A DNA stretch of 64,000 bases. Source: a bacterium. Lineage in GTDB: Bacteria; Margulisbacteria; Marinamargulisbacteria; GCA-2716485; JAYNIM01. Made by a program: the position numbers and the translations under genes. The notes under the pieces are model-generated. The model was not told the origin of the DNA, ran no database searches, and saw nothing but the letters and a program-made list of their open reading frames with translations. This document shows, one piece after another, positions 14,892 to 25,445 of the stretch. The first letter of the stretch is position 1, and each line of letters starts with the position of its first letter. The DNA is taken from the NCBI GenBank assembly GCA_038109055.1, contig JAYNIM010000005.1, positions 1 through 64,000 of the forward strand, read 5' to 3'.

Positions 14892-15746
14892 ATGACTGCA
14901 GATTTGTTATCTGGCGCCCCTATCGCTGAGAGGGTGTTATCTGATGTTCAGCGTGACGTTGACATGCTTAACGCCAAGGGCATCACCCCTGGTTTGGGGA
15001 CTATTTTGGTGGGGGCTGATCCCGCTAGTGCGGGCTATGTACGCAAAAAACATGATACCTGTGAGCGTGTAGGGATTGCCTCCTTTCATGCGGATATTCC
15101 GGCGACTGCCACCCAAGCAGATTTATTAAAAACGGTTCAAGACTTTAATAATGATCCAGCCATTCATGCCTTTATTATCCAAAACCCGGTTCCTAAAGGC
15201 TTTGATTTTAATGAAGCCCTCAACGCCATGTCTCCTGAAAAAGATGCAGATGGCTTACACCCTGAAAATTTAGGAAAATTAGTGTTACAACAAGAGGGTC
15301 CCAGGCCCTGTACACCCGCAGGAATTGTCGAAATGCTCAGACATTATGAGATTGAAACAGCGGGTAAGCATGTCGTCGTGATTGGTCGTGGGCCAACCTT
15401 GGGGCGCCCTTTGGCCTTGATGTTATCAATGAAACAGGCGGGCGCAAATTCGGCGGTCACGGTGGTCCATTCTGCGGTACCCAATATCCGTGATTATACC
15501 CTAAAGGCAGATATTTTGATTTCCGCTATTGGCGTGCATGGGTTTGTGACCCCAGACATGGTAAAGAAGGGTGTGGTTGCAATTAGTGGAGGCATTTCTT
15601 GGGAAGGCAGCCGCTTGTTACCGGATATCGATGAAACGGTTGGTGATGTGGCAGCATGGATTACTCCTCGAATTGGTGGTGTGGGCCCTACAACGGTGGC
15701 TCTGTTACTCCAAAACACCGTCAAAGCAGCCTCGCGGATTGTCTAA
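14892..15746 (+). CDS. folD: Methylenetetrahydrofolate dehydrogenase/cyclohydrolase
   Basis: PGLGTILVG.DPAS..YV.KK, KDADGLHP, PCTPAG, TPRIGGVGPTT. GGAG SD before ATG 14892. Confidence 0.95.
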   Translation: MTADLLSGAPIAERVLSDVQRDVDMLNAKGITPGLGTILVGADPASAGYVRKKHDTCERVGIASFHADIPATATQADLLKTVQDFNNDPAIHAFIIQNPVPKGFDFNEALNAMSPEKDADGLHPENLGKLVLQQEGPRPCTPAGIVEMLRHYEIETAGKHVVVIGRGPTLGRPLALMLSMKQAGANSAVTVVHSAVPNIRDYTLKADILISAIGVHGFVTPDMVKKGVVAISGGISWEGSRLLPDIDETVGDVAAWITPRIGGVGPTTVALLLQNTVKAASRIV

Positions 15747-15753
15747 CCCTGCT

Positions 15754-16512
15754 TTATTTTTTCTCACGTAGATAATTCAGATAGCCCTTAATCTGTGCCA
15801 ATGCCATCAACCCAGCGTGTTCCACACGTAATACGGTATTGCCCAAAGATACACACATAAACCCCATATCTATTAAGGTTTCGACCTCTGATTTCGTTAT
15901 GCCCCCTTCAGGCCCAATGAATAATTGAATCGTGTAAGGTTCTTTTGTGCCCTGTTGCATATAGTCCTCCAGTAAGGGATAGACAAGTCTGTCTGTGGCA
16001 GCTTCTTCCCAGAACAGAAGTTTTAAGGTATTTGCTGTCTCTTTTTTATGGCTAAGGTCGTTAAAGACATATAGGGAATCGAGGTGGGGAATGTGCTGGC
16101 GTTGAGCTTGCATGGCGGCTGATTCAAGTATGCGCTGCCAGCGCTGACGTTTTTGATCTACATTCTTTACTTTTACCTCGCAGCGTTGGGTTGTTAAGGG
16201 GATGATGTGATGGACCCCAGCCTCTGTACAGGCTCGGCAAATATCTGAAAACTTGTCTTGTTTGGGCAGGGCTTGTAACAGTGTAAAGTGAAAGGGGTCT
16301 TTGTTGAGCGTCTGGCTTGAGACAATTTCAAAGGATAGCGTTTGTTTGTGAATAGCGGTAATTTTACACAGATATTTCATTTTTTTACTGACGGCTGACA
16401 ACGTATCGCCTACTTGGCAGCGACATACTGTTAATAAATGTTGGGCCTGTTCTTGTGTCAGTACAAGTTCTGTCGCTTTGCTGTCACTGTCTTTGATAAA
16501 AATATGTTTCAT
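15754..16512 (-). CDS. rsmE: 16S rRNA m3U1498 methyltransferase
   Basis: HLLTVCR, CTEAGV, AAMQAQR, FIGPEGG, SLGNTVLRVEHA. Confidence 0.93.
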   Translation of the reverse strand: MKHIFIKDSDSKATELVLTQEQAQHLLTVCRCQVGDTLSAVSKKMKYLCKITAIHKQTLSFEIVSSQTLNKDPFHFTLLQALPKQDKFSDICRACTEAGVHHIIPLTTQRCEVKVKNVDQKRQRWQRILESAAMQAQRQHIPHLDSLYVFNDLSHKKETANTLKLLFWEEAATDRLVYPLLEDYMQQGTKEPYTIQLFIGPEGGITKSEVETLIDMGFMCVSLGNTVLRVEHAGLMALAQIKGYLNYLREKK

Positions 16513-16613
16513 CCTGCTTATCTTAGCACAGGTTTTTTTATCGTCTAATCCAAGGTATTATCCTAGGATCTGACTCTTGTTTATTGCCTCATTTGACGCT
16601 ATTATTTTGACCT

Positions 16614-16964
16614 ATGACTCAACACCCCCATCTTGATGCCTGGATATCTGCTATTCAGAGCCACAACCCTGACACGGTTCTTTCTTTATATGATCCTGAA
16701 GCAGTTCTTCTTCCCACTGTCTCTAATCAGATTCGTTTTACTCAAGAGGAACGCCGTGATTATTTTCTGCATTTTTTGGCTAAAAAGCCTCAATGTAAGG
16801 TTGTAAGTGTCCACTCTCAATCCTTGTCTACAGATCGTGAGGCAATTGGAGGCATCTACCACTTTTCCTTTGCAGATGGCACAGAGGCCAAGGCTCGCTA
16901 TAGTTTTGTGTTTGATTCAGATGGCCTTATTTATCATCATCATTCCTCGTTGTTACCCGAGTAA
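16614..16964 (+). CDS. COG4875/CaMKII-association-domain (SgcJ/EcaC-like) protein, putative iota-class carbonic anhydrase
   Basis: LYDPEAVLLPTVSN, DYFLHFL, ARYSFVF and terminal HHHSSLLPE motif. Confidence 0.8.
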   Translation: MTQHPHLDAWISAIQSHNPDTVLSLYDPEAVLLPTVSNQIRFTQEERRDYFLHFLAKKPQCKVVSVHSQSLSTDREAIGGIYHFSFADGTEAKARYSFVFDSDGLIYHHHSSLLPE

Positions 16965-17036
16965 CCTTTTTTTCTCTGATAAAATTACCTGAAAGTGTTA
17001 TAGATTTTTCGCTATTTTTTCATTACACTGCTAGCT

Positions 17037-19349
17037 ATGTTAAACATTAAGTTGTCTGTTTTTGGTTTTATGTTATGCGTTTTGCTTAGCTCTGTTGTCT
17101 ATGCAACCGTTCCCATTACGGGCCGCGTTGTCATTAAGGACAGCTCAATCCCCATCAAAGGGGCTCTTGTTCGTATGGGGGACCAAACTCGTTACAGTGA
17201 TGCTAACGGTCACTTTTCCCTTATATCTCCAAGCTCTAATACCCACATTGAAATATCGGCCAATGGCTATGCCACCAAACATTGGAACTCCCAGGCCTTA
17301 AAACAGGCCCTTGAATCTGGTTATTTTCCTCTGGCAATTAAAACGGTTATCAAGGCCGGTAAACAACAGGTTATTGCGAATCGTGACCAAGAAAAAATCT
17401 CGTATTATTACGTTGATGACAAGGTCATCCAACGATTATCTGAAGGGAGCTTATTTTCGGACACCATGTCCGCACTCAAAATGTTACCTGGGGTAGCGTC
17501 AAAGAGCAGTTTTGATGCCAAGATGTATATTCGAGGGGGTTCTGCCTATGAAATTGTTGGTGTTTTAGATGATGTTCCGATTATGCAGCCTTATCATTGG
17601 GGCGGGCGTGTTTCGATCTTTAATGCCAAGATTGCCAAGCATGTAGATTTTTATCCCGGGGGCTATGATGCGAGAGGTGGTCAAAGTTTATCGGGCATTA
17701 TTGATGTTTATACCAAGGATGGAGATTTTGATCAAAAACAACAAGAACTTGATATCAATATGACCGAGCTGAACTATTATGGCACGTTTCCTATCACAAA
17801 AAAGCAGACAACCTCGATGGTCTCCTATCGACGTACCTATTACGACTTATTTGCACCTTTGTTCATTAAAAGTGATAGTGGCTCTGTGAATATGCCCTAT
17901 TTGCAGTCTTTTCAGGGAAAACTTACTCATAAATTGGATGACTCCCATAGTGTTCGTCTTGCTCTTTATGGGTTTCAGGATGGGGCGAACACCCCTTTAG
18001 ATGTTTTCTCTGATACTGATGAGAAAGGTAAGTTTATCTATGATTCTGGCAAATATATCGTTAGCACTAAAGTAGATTCTACCCTAAGCCCAACTCTTTT
18101 TAATGAGGCCTTAGTTGCCTATTATCAAAACAAAGGAACCTTTGCCTTAACGAATAAAAATGATGTTGATGTCAGTTGGCATGAACGTAATGTTATTCTT
18201 CGTGATGACCTTACTTGGAAGGGGCATGAGCAGCATACTATCGAAGCGGGCACTATTTTATATGTGACAAAGGCAACAAATACCTCCTCGTGGATACAGT
18301 CCCCTAACCCTAAAGAACCAGGCTCTGTTACCCAAAATGTTAAAACATCCATTGATATCCCGATTCTTATCAGCTCTCTTTATCTGCAAGACCATTGGGC
18401 GTTTACCCCTGATCTAACTCTGATGACCGGTCTTCGTTTAGATGTTGTCCGTTTAGACAACTATGCTCTCCAATATGATTGGCAACCTCGTATCTCGCTT
18501 GAATATATGCTTAACGACCGCAGTAAAATCAAAGGCTACTATGGCCGATATGCGCAACAAAATTACCAAATCAATTCACTTTTTTCTTCTTCTGGTTCAA
18601 CCTTGGAAGGACGTATTGCTGATACGGTGATGGAAAAAGCACAGCATTATGGCATTGGTATTGAACACTACCTCTCTCCATCTACCTTATTTAAATCTGA
18701 ACTGTTTTATAAACATTACGATGACCTTGGAATTAATGTTGCCAGGTATCCTGAAGAACGCTATGAAAATCAGGGTTTTGGCCATGCCCATGGTCTTGAA
18801 TTGATGCTGCAAAAAGTCTCAGGCAAGCGCTTTGAAGGCTGGGGCACTTATACCTGGTCATCGACGCGTCGAAAAGACACTCAACATGGCTGGTTTTACC
18901 CCGACTATGATATTCGACACATGCTCAATCTTTATGGAGATTATAAGGTCAATAAAACACTCACGGTCATTAGTAATGTTAAGCTTAGTACAGGAAGCCC
19001 CTACACCCCCATTTTATCTGCCTCAAACAACCCTCAAACAGGTGCTTTGGAGTATCAATTAGGCGATTACTTATCCAAGCGACTCCCGACCTATTTTCGT
19101 GTTGATTTATGGTTCGAAACCCCGGGCGTTCGCTTATTTCTACCTATTCCCTTCCTGCCTATTTCTTCGCATATGAAATGGGGCATTTTTCCCTATTGGG
19201 AGTTAAAGGGTAAAACGCGTTTGGGACTTTTTAATGTTTTAAACCGCAAAAACCCCAGTGATTATCGCTGGAATAAAAAGAAAAACAAGGCGACATTCAT
19301 TAACGACTTTCCCTTTATGTTTATTTTTGGCTATAAAATTATATTTTAG
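17037..19349 (+). CDS. TonB-dependent outer-membrane receptor
   Basis: Signal peptide; N-terminal carboxypeptidase-regulatory-like domain; plug motifs LPGV, YIRGG, GGYDA..G..LSGII; C-terminal Phe. First gene of the exbB-exbD-tonB operon. Confidence 0.9.
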   Translation: MLNIKLSVFGFMLCVLLSSVVYATVPITGRVVIKDSSIPIKGALVRMGDQTRYSDANGHFSLISPSSNTHIEISANGYATKHWNSQALKQALESGYFPLAIKTVIKAGKQQVIANRDQEKISYYYVDDKVIQRLSEGSLFSDTMSALKMLPGVASKSSFDAKMYIRGGSAYEIVGVLDDVPIMQPYHWGGRVSIFNAKIAKHVDFYPGGYDARGGQSLSGIIDVYTKDGDFDQKQQELDINMTELNYYGTFPITKKQTTSMVSYRRTYYDLFAPLFIKSDSGSVNMPYLQSFQGKLTHKLDDSHSVRLALYGFQDGANTPLDVFSDTDEKGKFIYDSGKYIVSTKVDSTLSPTLFNEALVAYYQNKGTFALTNKNDVDVSWHERNVILRDDLTWKGHEQHTIEAGTILYVTKATNTSSWIQSPNPKEPGSVTQNVKTSIDIPILISSLYLQDHWAFTPDLTLMTGLRLDVVRLDNYALQYDWQPRISLEYMLNDRSKIKGYYGRYAQQNYQINSLFSSSGSTLEGRIADTVMEKAQHYGIGIEHYLSPSTLFKSELFYKHYDDLGINVARYPEERYENQGFGHAHGLELMLQKVSGKRFEGWGTYTWSSTRRKDTQHGWFYPDYDIRHMLNLYGDYKVNKTLTVISNVKLSTGSPYTPILSASNNPQTGALEYQLGDYLSKRLPTYFRVDLWFETPGVRLFLPIPFLPISSHMKWGIFPYWELKGKTRLGLFNVLNRKNPSDYRWNKKKNKATFINDFPFMFIFGYKIIF

Positions 19350-19357
19350 GAGTAACC

Positions 19358-19990
19358 ATGATTATTGAGTTTATTCAGAAAGGGGGCCCCGTCATGTGGC
19401 CATTGCTCATTGTTGCGCTAGCGGCTACTTATTTAATTATCTATAAAAGTTGGGAGGTTTATCGTTTGCTACGCCGCTATACCTCGTCAAAGTTAAACGA
19501 TAAGGTCCGAAATTTAGTGAAAGAAAAAAATTTCAAAGCAGCCCATGCCTTGCTTCGTGATGATGGTCCCAATGAGAAAATATTGGGCAAAGCCTTGTCT
19601 TATTTAGAACAGGGCTATAGCGAAGAGGCCATGAAAGATCGTTTGGAAATGATCTATGAAGATGAAGTTCAAAAATTGGATAAAGGACTGCCTGTTTTAT
19701 TAATCTTGGGTGAAATCATGCCCATGCTGGGATTATTGGGAACGGTATCTGGGATGATTCAGGTGTTTAAAGCGATTAGTAGCCATGGCACTGGTGATGC
19801 ACAAGCTTTGGCCTCAGGGATTTCAGAAGCCCTTTTAACCACAGAAGTAGGCTTGGTTTTAGCCATTCCAACCATGTTTTGCTATACCTTATTAAATGGA
19901 AAAGTAGAGGCATTAAGCAAGTTGATGCGTCAGGCAGCCGCCTCTGTTATTACGATTAGTCGTGTCCTTAAAAAGAACGATCATCGCTAA
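19358..19990 (+). CDS. exbB: MotA/TolQ/ExbB proton channel
   Basis: GGPVMWPL, PMLGLLGTVSGMI, LASGISEALLTT. Confidence 0.9.
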   Translation: MIIEFIQKGGPVMWPLLIVALAATYLIIYKSWEVYRLLRRYTSSKLNDKVRNLVKEKNFKAAHALLRDDGPNEKILGKALSYLEQGYSEEAMKDRLEMIYEDEVQKLDKGLPVLLILGEIMPMLGLLGTVSGMIQVFKAISSHGTGDAQALASGISEALLTTEVGLVLAIPTMFCYTLLNGKVEALSKLMRQAAASVITISRVLKKNDHR

Positions 19991-20391
19991 TGTTTCGTTA
20001 CAAACGTCCTGTTCGCAAAGCCAAATTAAATATTGCGCCTCTGCTGGATATGATTTTTATTTTGCTGATCTTTTTTGTGGTCTCAACTACCTTTAGTAAA
20101 TTACCCGGCGTGGATATTCAACGCCCAAAATCCCAGACAAGTGACCCGCTTCCCGCCAGTAATCTTTTGATTGGGATTAGTTCTAAAGGCGAGTTTTATA
20201 TTCATCAACGCCGCTATCGTCGTGATGCCCTTAAAGAAAAACTCGCATTAAAACGCCAACAAAATCCTAAATTGTCTGTGGTTTTGGTTGCAGATAAAGA
20301 CTCTGCTGTTAAATATATGATTCAGGTAATGGATATTTGTAAACAAGTGGATATCCAACAGGTGGCCGTTGCTGAAGAACTGGTTAAATGA
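19990..20391 (+). CDS. exbD: ExbD/TolR protein
   Basis: NIAPLLDMIFILLIFFVV, ADK...VMD. Confidence 0.9.
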   Translation: MFRYKRPVRKAKLNIAPLLDMIFILLIFFVVSTTFSKLPGVDIQRPKSQTSDPLPASNLLIGISSKGEFYIHQRRYRRDALKEKLALKRQQNPKLSVVLVADKDSAVKYMIQVMDICKQVDIQQVAVAEELVK

Positions 20392-20981
20392 GAGCTTTTG
20401 TTTCATTGATGCTTGCACTGGGAGTGACGCTTGGTCTCTGTTGGCTCTTGGCCTGGATGCATACAGACCGACTGTTACTTCAGCCACAAAATAGCTATAG
20501 CACGCATTTTTATAAACGTTATAAACATAATATTCCAATGCGTCACAAAACGTCTCTTAAAAAACCCCTTAAATCGGCTAAAAAACGTCCCAAAAAAAGC
20601 GTACCCAAACCACTCCCCCCAAAAATACCTCTACAGACTACCGCTCCTAGCCCCGCTCAAAATCAGGCTGATGAGCAGTACGATGTCACGGATATCTCTG
20701 AGCTTGATCAAGAAGCGGTAGTTATTAAAACGGTGACGCCAAAATACCCTGATATTGCTAGAAAAGCTGGTATTGAAGGCCAGGTGTTACTGAGTATTAT
20801 TGTGGATGAAAAAGGGCGCGTGATCCACTCTGTTATTTTACATAGTAGTCAAAAAGGCTATCGCTTTGAACAACACGCCTTAGAGGCTGTTGAGAAACTT
20901 CGCTTTGAACCTTTTATCAAAGAGGGTGTGGCAATTAAAGTGAAGGTTGTGTATCCCATACATTTTGTACTTGTCGAGTAA
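20388..20981 (+). CDS. tonB: Energy transducer TonB
   Basis: N-terminal TM, Lys/Pro-rich linker, PKYPDIARKAGIEGQV C-domain. Confidence 0.9.
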   Translation: MRAFVSLMLALGVTLGLCWLLAWMHTDRLLLQPQNSYSTHFYKRYKHNIPMRHKTSLKKPLKSAKKRPKKSVPKPLPPKIPLQTTAPSPAQNQADEQYDVTDISELDQEAVVIKTVTPKYPDIARKAGIEGQVLLSIIVDEKGRVIHSVILHSSQKGYRFEQHALEAVEKLRFEPFIKEGVAIKVKVVYPIHFVLVE

Positions 20982-20991
20982 TATGACAGGT

Positions 20992-21366
20992 TTATACGCT
21001 GTATGTTTCTAGTGTTTGTAAGTCTACCTTTTCTAACACTGATTGATGGGTAGCTGCCAATACTACCTTCGGGGCAACTCCTGCCTCATAAGCCTCGATC
21101 CAACGCGACAAACACAAACACCATTGCTGCCCTGCGACTAAGCCTTCAAACTCGTACTCAGGTCTGGCTGTAGATAAATCATTGCCCTGATCTTTAGAAA
21201 ACTGCAAGAAGTCATCTGTTACTTGTACACATATGGTATGTTGACCCGGATCTTCTTTCAAACACTGACAATATCCGTCTCGTACAAAGCCCGTTTTAGG
21301 ACTTAAACTACAATATTGTAATGCCTGTCCATACACATTTAAGGACTTTAGTTGCGTTAATTCCAA
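20992..21366 (-). CDS. DUF2237 family protein
   Basis: NVYG..L..CS..P.TGF.RDG.C, GQHTIC, GNDLST, WCLC..RW.EA, AP.V.L.ATH. Confidence 0.88.
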   Translation of the reverse strand: MELTQLKSLNVYGQALQYCSLSPKTGFVRDGYCQCLKEDPGQHTICVQVTDDFLQFSKDQGNDLSTARPEYEFEGLVAGQQWCLCLSRWIEAYEAGVAPKVVLAATHQSVLEKVDLQTLETYSV

Positions 21367-21368
21367 TT

Positions 21369-21872
21369 CTAAAGAGCCTCAATTGCTGTTTTTAATTGAT
21401 CATAATTAGGCTCTTGGGTAATTTCAGACACAAGCTCGACATAACGAATTTTTTGTTCTTTATCGATCACAATTACCGTCCGGGCACACAAGCCTTTTAG
21501 TGGCGTGTCTTCTAAGGTTAGCTGATAATCATCCGAAAATGAGGATCTATATGCTGACAATGTTTCGGAGTTGTTAATATTCTCTGCTTGGCAGAAACGT
21601 TTTTGGGCAAAAGGAAGATCTTTGGAGATATGCAAGACCTGTAGGCCTGTTAACTCTGCAGCCAAGGTATTTAAGGCTTTGACAGATAAGGCACAGACCC
21701 CTGTATCTAGGGATGGAAAAATATTTAATACGATGGTTTTTCCTGTATAGTCATTCAAACTACGTTCTGATAAATCGCTAGCGACCAAGCTAAAATTGGG
21801 GGCCTGCTCTCCGATTTCGGGCAAGTCACCTATGGTTGATGCAGGATTTCCTTTGAATGTTAGTGTCGTCAT
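21369..21872 (-). CDS. tpx: Thiol peroxidase
   Basis: NIFPSLDTGVC, ISKDLPFAQKRFC, EITQEPNY. AAGGAG SD. Confidence 0.95.
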   Translation of the reverse strand: MTTLTFKGNPASTIGDLPEIGEQAPNFSLVASDLSERSLNDYTGKTIVLNIFPSLDTGVCALSVKALNTLAAELTGLQVLHISKDLPFAQKRFCQAENINNSETLSAYRSSFSDDYQLTLEDTPLKGLCARTVIVIDKEQKIRYVELVSEITQEPNYDQLKTAIEAL

Positions 21873-21934
21873 AATGGTTCACTCCTTATTTGTCTGACTT
21901 AGTTTAATCAATTTTCAAGGTCTCCACAATATCT

Positions 21935-22342
21935 CTATGCAGTCTCTGTTGATCGTAATGCTCTTTGGATATCTTTAGGGATCGCAATGATACGCCAATC
22001 TGCTTCATTCATACAGGCAAAGGTGATACTTGCCTCATATATCAGTTTTTTTTCTTTATACAGTGGCTGATGTAGTGTTAATGATGCGCGTTTAAGTTGA
22101 CTGAGCTGTACGTAGACCTGAAAGCGATCTGCGAAGCGTAAAGGATGATGATAGTTTGCCTGAATTTTACAGGGTACAAAGCCAACCTTTTGCGCTTGAA
22201 GATTTTCATAGGGAAATCCTATATGATCAAAATAATCGATTCGAGCAGCTTCTAACCAGCGTAAATACTGACTGTGATGTACAACGCCCGCTGCGTCTGT
22301 ATCAGCAAAATATACTTTTCCTGGCCATTGATACACTGACAT
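21935..22342 (-). CDS. YbgC/FadM-family acyl-CoA thioesterase
   Basis: VYFADTDAAGVVHHSQYLRWLEAAR. Confidence 0.88.
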   Translation of the reverse strand: MSVYQWPGKVYFADTDAAGVVHHSQYLRWLEAARIDYFDHIGFPYENLQAQKVGFVPCKIQANYHHPLRFADRFQVYVQLSQLKRASLTLHQPLYKEKKLIYEASITFACMNEADWRIIAIPKDIQRALRSTETA

Positions 22343-22394
22343 CCTTTAATTTTAGCACTTGTCTGTGATAAAAATCTAACTTACAGTTTGAGTG

Positions 22395-23045
22395 ATGCAC
22401 TGCTACATTGACCGAACTAATTTCAATGATCCTGCTAAAACAGTGGCTTATGACGACCTACTTTTACAACAAGCTAAGCCAAAAGAGGTTATTTTGCGAC
22501 TATGGGAGCCTTCCTGTGACTTTGTGGTCTTGGGCAAAAGCAACAACCCGCTCAATGAAGTATATGTCGATCGTTGTCACAAAGAGGGTATTCCTATTAT
22601 CAAACGCTGCAGTGGCGGGGGGACGGTATTTCAATCATCTGGAGTGATTAATTATGCCATTGTTGCGCCGCATCATCCCCCTTTTGACAGTATACAGGCT
22701 TGTAACCGTGAAATTATGACCATGGTCAAAGATGTGCTCAGTGATGATCAGCTTTCACTGGCCATCCAAGGGTATACAGATCTCACCTATCAGGGCAAAA
22801 AATGTTGTGGCAATGCCCAACGCCGTACCTTGAGCCACTTCTTATTTCATGGCTCAATTTTAGTTGACATTGATCTTGGCAAAATTAGCCATTACCTCAA
22901 ACATCCCAGCCGAGAACCTGATTATCGCAAAGGCTGCTCCCATCAGGATTTTTTGTGTCATTTACCCTTGAAGAAAGCGGAGGTTTATCGTCGACTAGCC
23001 CGTATTTCTCTTCGTTTTAATACGTCTTATTTTGCTAATGAGTAA
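22395..23045 (+). CDS. Lipoate-protein ligase (LplA/LipM-like) family
   Basis: KRCSGGGTVF, KCCGNAQRR, HGSIL, P.REPDYR...H.DF. Confidence 0.85.
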   Translation: MHCYIDRTNFNDPAKTVAYDDLLLQQAKPKEVILRLWEPSCDFVVLGKSNNPLNEVYVDRCHKEGIPIIKRCSGGGTVFQSSGVINYAIVAPHHPPFDSIQACNREIMTMVKDVLSDDQLSLAIQGYTDLTYQGKKCCGNAQRRTLSHFLFHGSILVDIDLGKISHYLKHPSREPDYRKGCSHQDFLCHLPLKKAEVYRRLARISLRFNTSYFANE

Positions 23046-23707
23046 GCAAATAATCTAGAGACTTCTAGTGAATTCTCTATACCTGCCACCTGATATTTTA
23101 CTGGGCCTGTTCTATCTTCACTCGGCACTATAGCCTCTGCTTCTTCAATTGTTACAACTGTGTTGCCTTGCTGGGCTGTACTTGGGACTATGTTTTCTCT
23201 GCTGCTAAAACCTAATTTATCTAACATATCTCTTGCGGCTGCGTCTGTATATGTCGAGTGTGTTATAAGTCTCAGTTCTGTATCTTTAATTTCTGTGATT
23301 GCTTGAAATTTTATCCCCTCTCCTGTTTCTTCTACATCCCCAAGTCCTTTTAAAGCGGCTAAGACATCTTTTGGGTTTCGTACTAGACAACATATACTCT
23401 TACCCTCTAGTTCGCCTGGGCTCAGTAAAGTGCTTCTGTCAACGTAGCTGAATAACGTTATAGGATCAATAGATTCCGCTTTCTTGCGGTTAAACTCTGT
23501 TGTTCTTTGGGGTGAAAAACAGCACTCACGCTCTTTAACAGTGTGGTTTAGTAGACGCTTCTGACATTCGCCCGTCATTTTATATCCTGTATTATCTGTA
23601 TACCATTCATTTGCTTGAAGAGTTCCTAAACACAGTTGTCTACCGCGCTTGGTAGGTACTTGTGGGAATGTTTTCCTGGAATATGTAAAAGGTTCAGCTT
23701 GTGTCAT
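23027..23707 (-). CDS. Orphan hypothetical protein (226 aa)
   Basis: Long ORF with AAGGAG SD and an upstream TTGCGG...TATAAT; no recognised motif. Confidence 0.7.
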   Translation of the reverse strand: MTQAEPFTYSRKTFPQVPTKRGRQLCLGTLQANEWYTDNTGYKMTGECQKRLLNHTVKERECCFSPQRTTEFNRKKAESIDPITLFSYVDRSTLLSPGELEGKSICCLVRNPKDVLAALKGLGDVEETGEGIKFQAITEIKDTELRLITHSTYTDAAARDMLDKLGFSSRENIVPSTAQQGNTVVTIEEAEAIVPSEDRTGPVKYQVAGIENSLEVSRLFAYSLAK

Positions 23708-23941
23708 AATTGATCTCCTTATTTTTTAATTTGGTTTTTATTGGAATTTCTTTTTAAGAAACGGCTATTTGAGTTCTTTGGTCTACCTCAAGATCTGTCA
23801 TATTTATAAATTACTGTAATTTAACCTATATCATTATAAACACGTTAATCTTCTCCGCAAAATAGGTCATCAATCGGGCTAGTTTTTACATCCATATTTT
23901 GAAAATCTATATGTTATACTGTTAGGCCTTGATCGTAATCT

Positions 23942-25372
23942 ATGAAACATACGCCGATTTCTTTTTCCTCTAGTTATAGTCATTTACCTACTCTCTTTTA
24001 CGAGAAGGTTTCACCCCGTGTTCCTTCTTCTCCCTCGTTGATTCACTGGAATCAGCCCCTTGCCGACGAGCTGGGAATGGATACAGCGTCGATGGCACCT
24101 GATGATCTTGTGGCCTACTTTTCGGGTCAACGGCTTCCCCCAGGTTCAGATCCCTTGGCCATGGTTTATGCCGGTCATCAGTTTGGGCATTTTGTTCCTC
24201 AATTGGGGGATGGACGTGCGATTTTATTAGGGGAATGTGTCACCGCTAAAAACAAGCGTTACGACATTCAGTTGAAAGGCTGTGGCCAGACTCGCTTTTC
24301 ACGTGCAGGGGATGGTTTGGCTCCTTTGGGGGCTGTTCTTCGGGAATATCTGGTCTCTGAGGGCATGTATCACCTTGGTGTTCCTACGACCCGCGCGTTG
24401 GCAGCGGTTACAACTGGTGATACTGTCTATCGAGAACAGCCTCAGCCTGGGGGCGTGATTACCCGTGTTGCAGCTAGTCATATCCGTATTGGCACTTTTG
24501 AATATTTTATGGCACGGCAGGATATTCCTAATCTTAAAACTCTCTTAGATTATGCCATCCAACGCCATGACCCAGATTTACTCTCTGAACCTGAGGCCCC
24601 CTTGCTTTTCTTTAGACGTGTGGGGCAGAGGCTTATGTCGCTGGTGGCACAGTGGATGGGACTAGGCTTTATTCATGGGGTCATGAACACCGACAATATG
24701 GTTGTGTCGGGGGAAACCATTGATTTTGGCCCCTGTGCCTTTATGGATACCTTTCGTTTTGACAAGGTCTTTAGCTCGATTGACCGCTATGGCCGTTATG
24801 CTTATGATCAACAATCTGATATTGCTTTATGGAATTTGTCGCGTCTTGGCATATGCTTATATCCCTTTTTTGACTCTAAAACATCCCCCCCAGAGACTCT
24901 TTTAGAAGAAGAACTCGATTACTTTAGGTCTTACTATGATAGAGCTTGGTGTCAGGTCATGGGCCAAAAATTAGGTATTCTATCTCCAAGCTCAGCTGAT
25001 CGATCTTTGATACAGGATGTTTTAGGCTATATGGCCTCTAAACATGAAGATTTTACCTGCTTTTTTCATCGTTTACCTGGTCGCCTAGATCATCCCGACC
25101 CAATCTTCAACGCAGTTAAAACACGTTTACTCTCTCAGTCTCACTCCCTCTCTGAGGCTACTGCTTTGATGACTCGCGTCAATCCTGTTCGTATCCCTCG
25201 TAATCATCAGATTGAGGCAGTGATTCAACAGGCAATCACAGGTAATTTTGATCTTTTTTCTCGCATGCTTTCAGCCTTACAGTCTCCTTTTATTGACGAT
25301 GCTGTATTTTCAGCCTTTGATACACCTCCCACTAAGGATGAAGAAGTCACTCAAACATTTTGTGGCACTTAA
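23942..25372 (+). CDS. ydiU: Protein adenylyltransferase SelO/YdiU
   Basis: YAGHQFG, LGDGRA, QLKG.G.T.FSR.GDG, GFIHGVMNTDN, IDFGP, C-terminal TFCGT. Confidence 0.95.
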   Translation: MKHTPISFSSSYSHLPTLFYEKVSPRVPSSPSLIHWNQPLADELGMDTASMAPDDLVAYFSGQRLPPGSDPLAMVYAGHQFGHFVPQLGDGRAILLGECVTAKNKRYDIQLKGCGQTRFSRAGDGLAPLGAVLREYLVSEGMYHLGVPTTRALAAVTTGDTVYREQPQPGGVITRVAASHIRIGTFEYFMARQDIPNLKTLLDYAIQRHDPDLLSEPEAPLLFFRRVGQRLMSLVAQWMGLGFIHGVMNTDNMVVSGETIDFGPCAFMDTFRFDKVFSSIDRYGRYAYDQQSDIALWNLSRLGICLYPFFDSKTSPPETLLEEELDYFRSYYDRAWCQVMGQKLGILSPSSADRSLIQDVLGYMASKHEDFTCFFHRLPGRLDHPDPIFNAVKTRLLSQSHSLSEATALMTRVNPVRIPRNHQIEAVIQQAITGNFDLFSRMLSALQSPFIDDAVFSAFDTPPTKDEEVTQTFCGT

Positions 25373-25445
25373 TTTCTTCTTTCATTGTTCATACTGACTC
25401 CCTATAAAATTCCGTCGTCTTTAGGTTCATGTTACACTGGTGACT

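Noticed and set aside
25355..25372. Selenocysteine in SelO
   Set aside because: The gene ends TGT GGC ACT TAA (CGT*), with no in-frame TGA.
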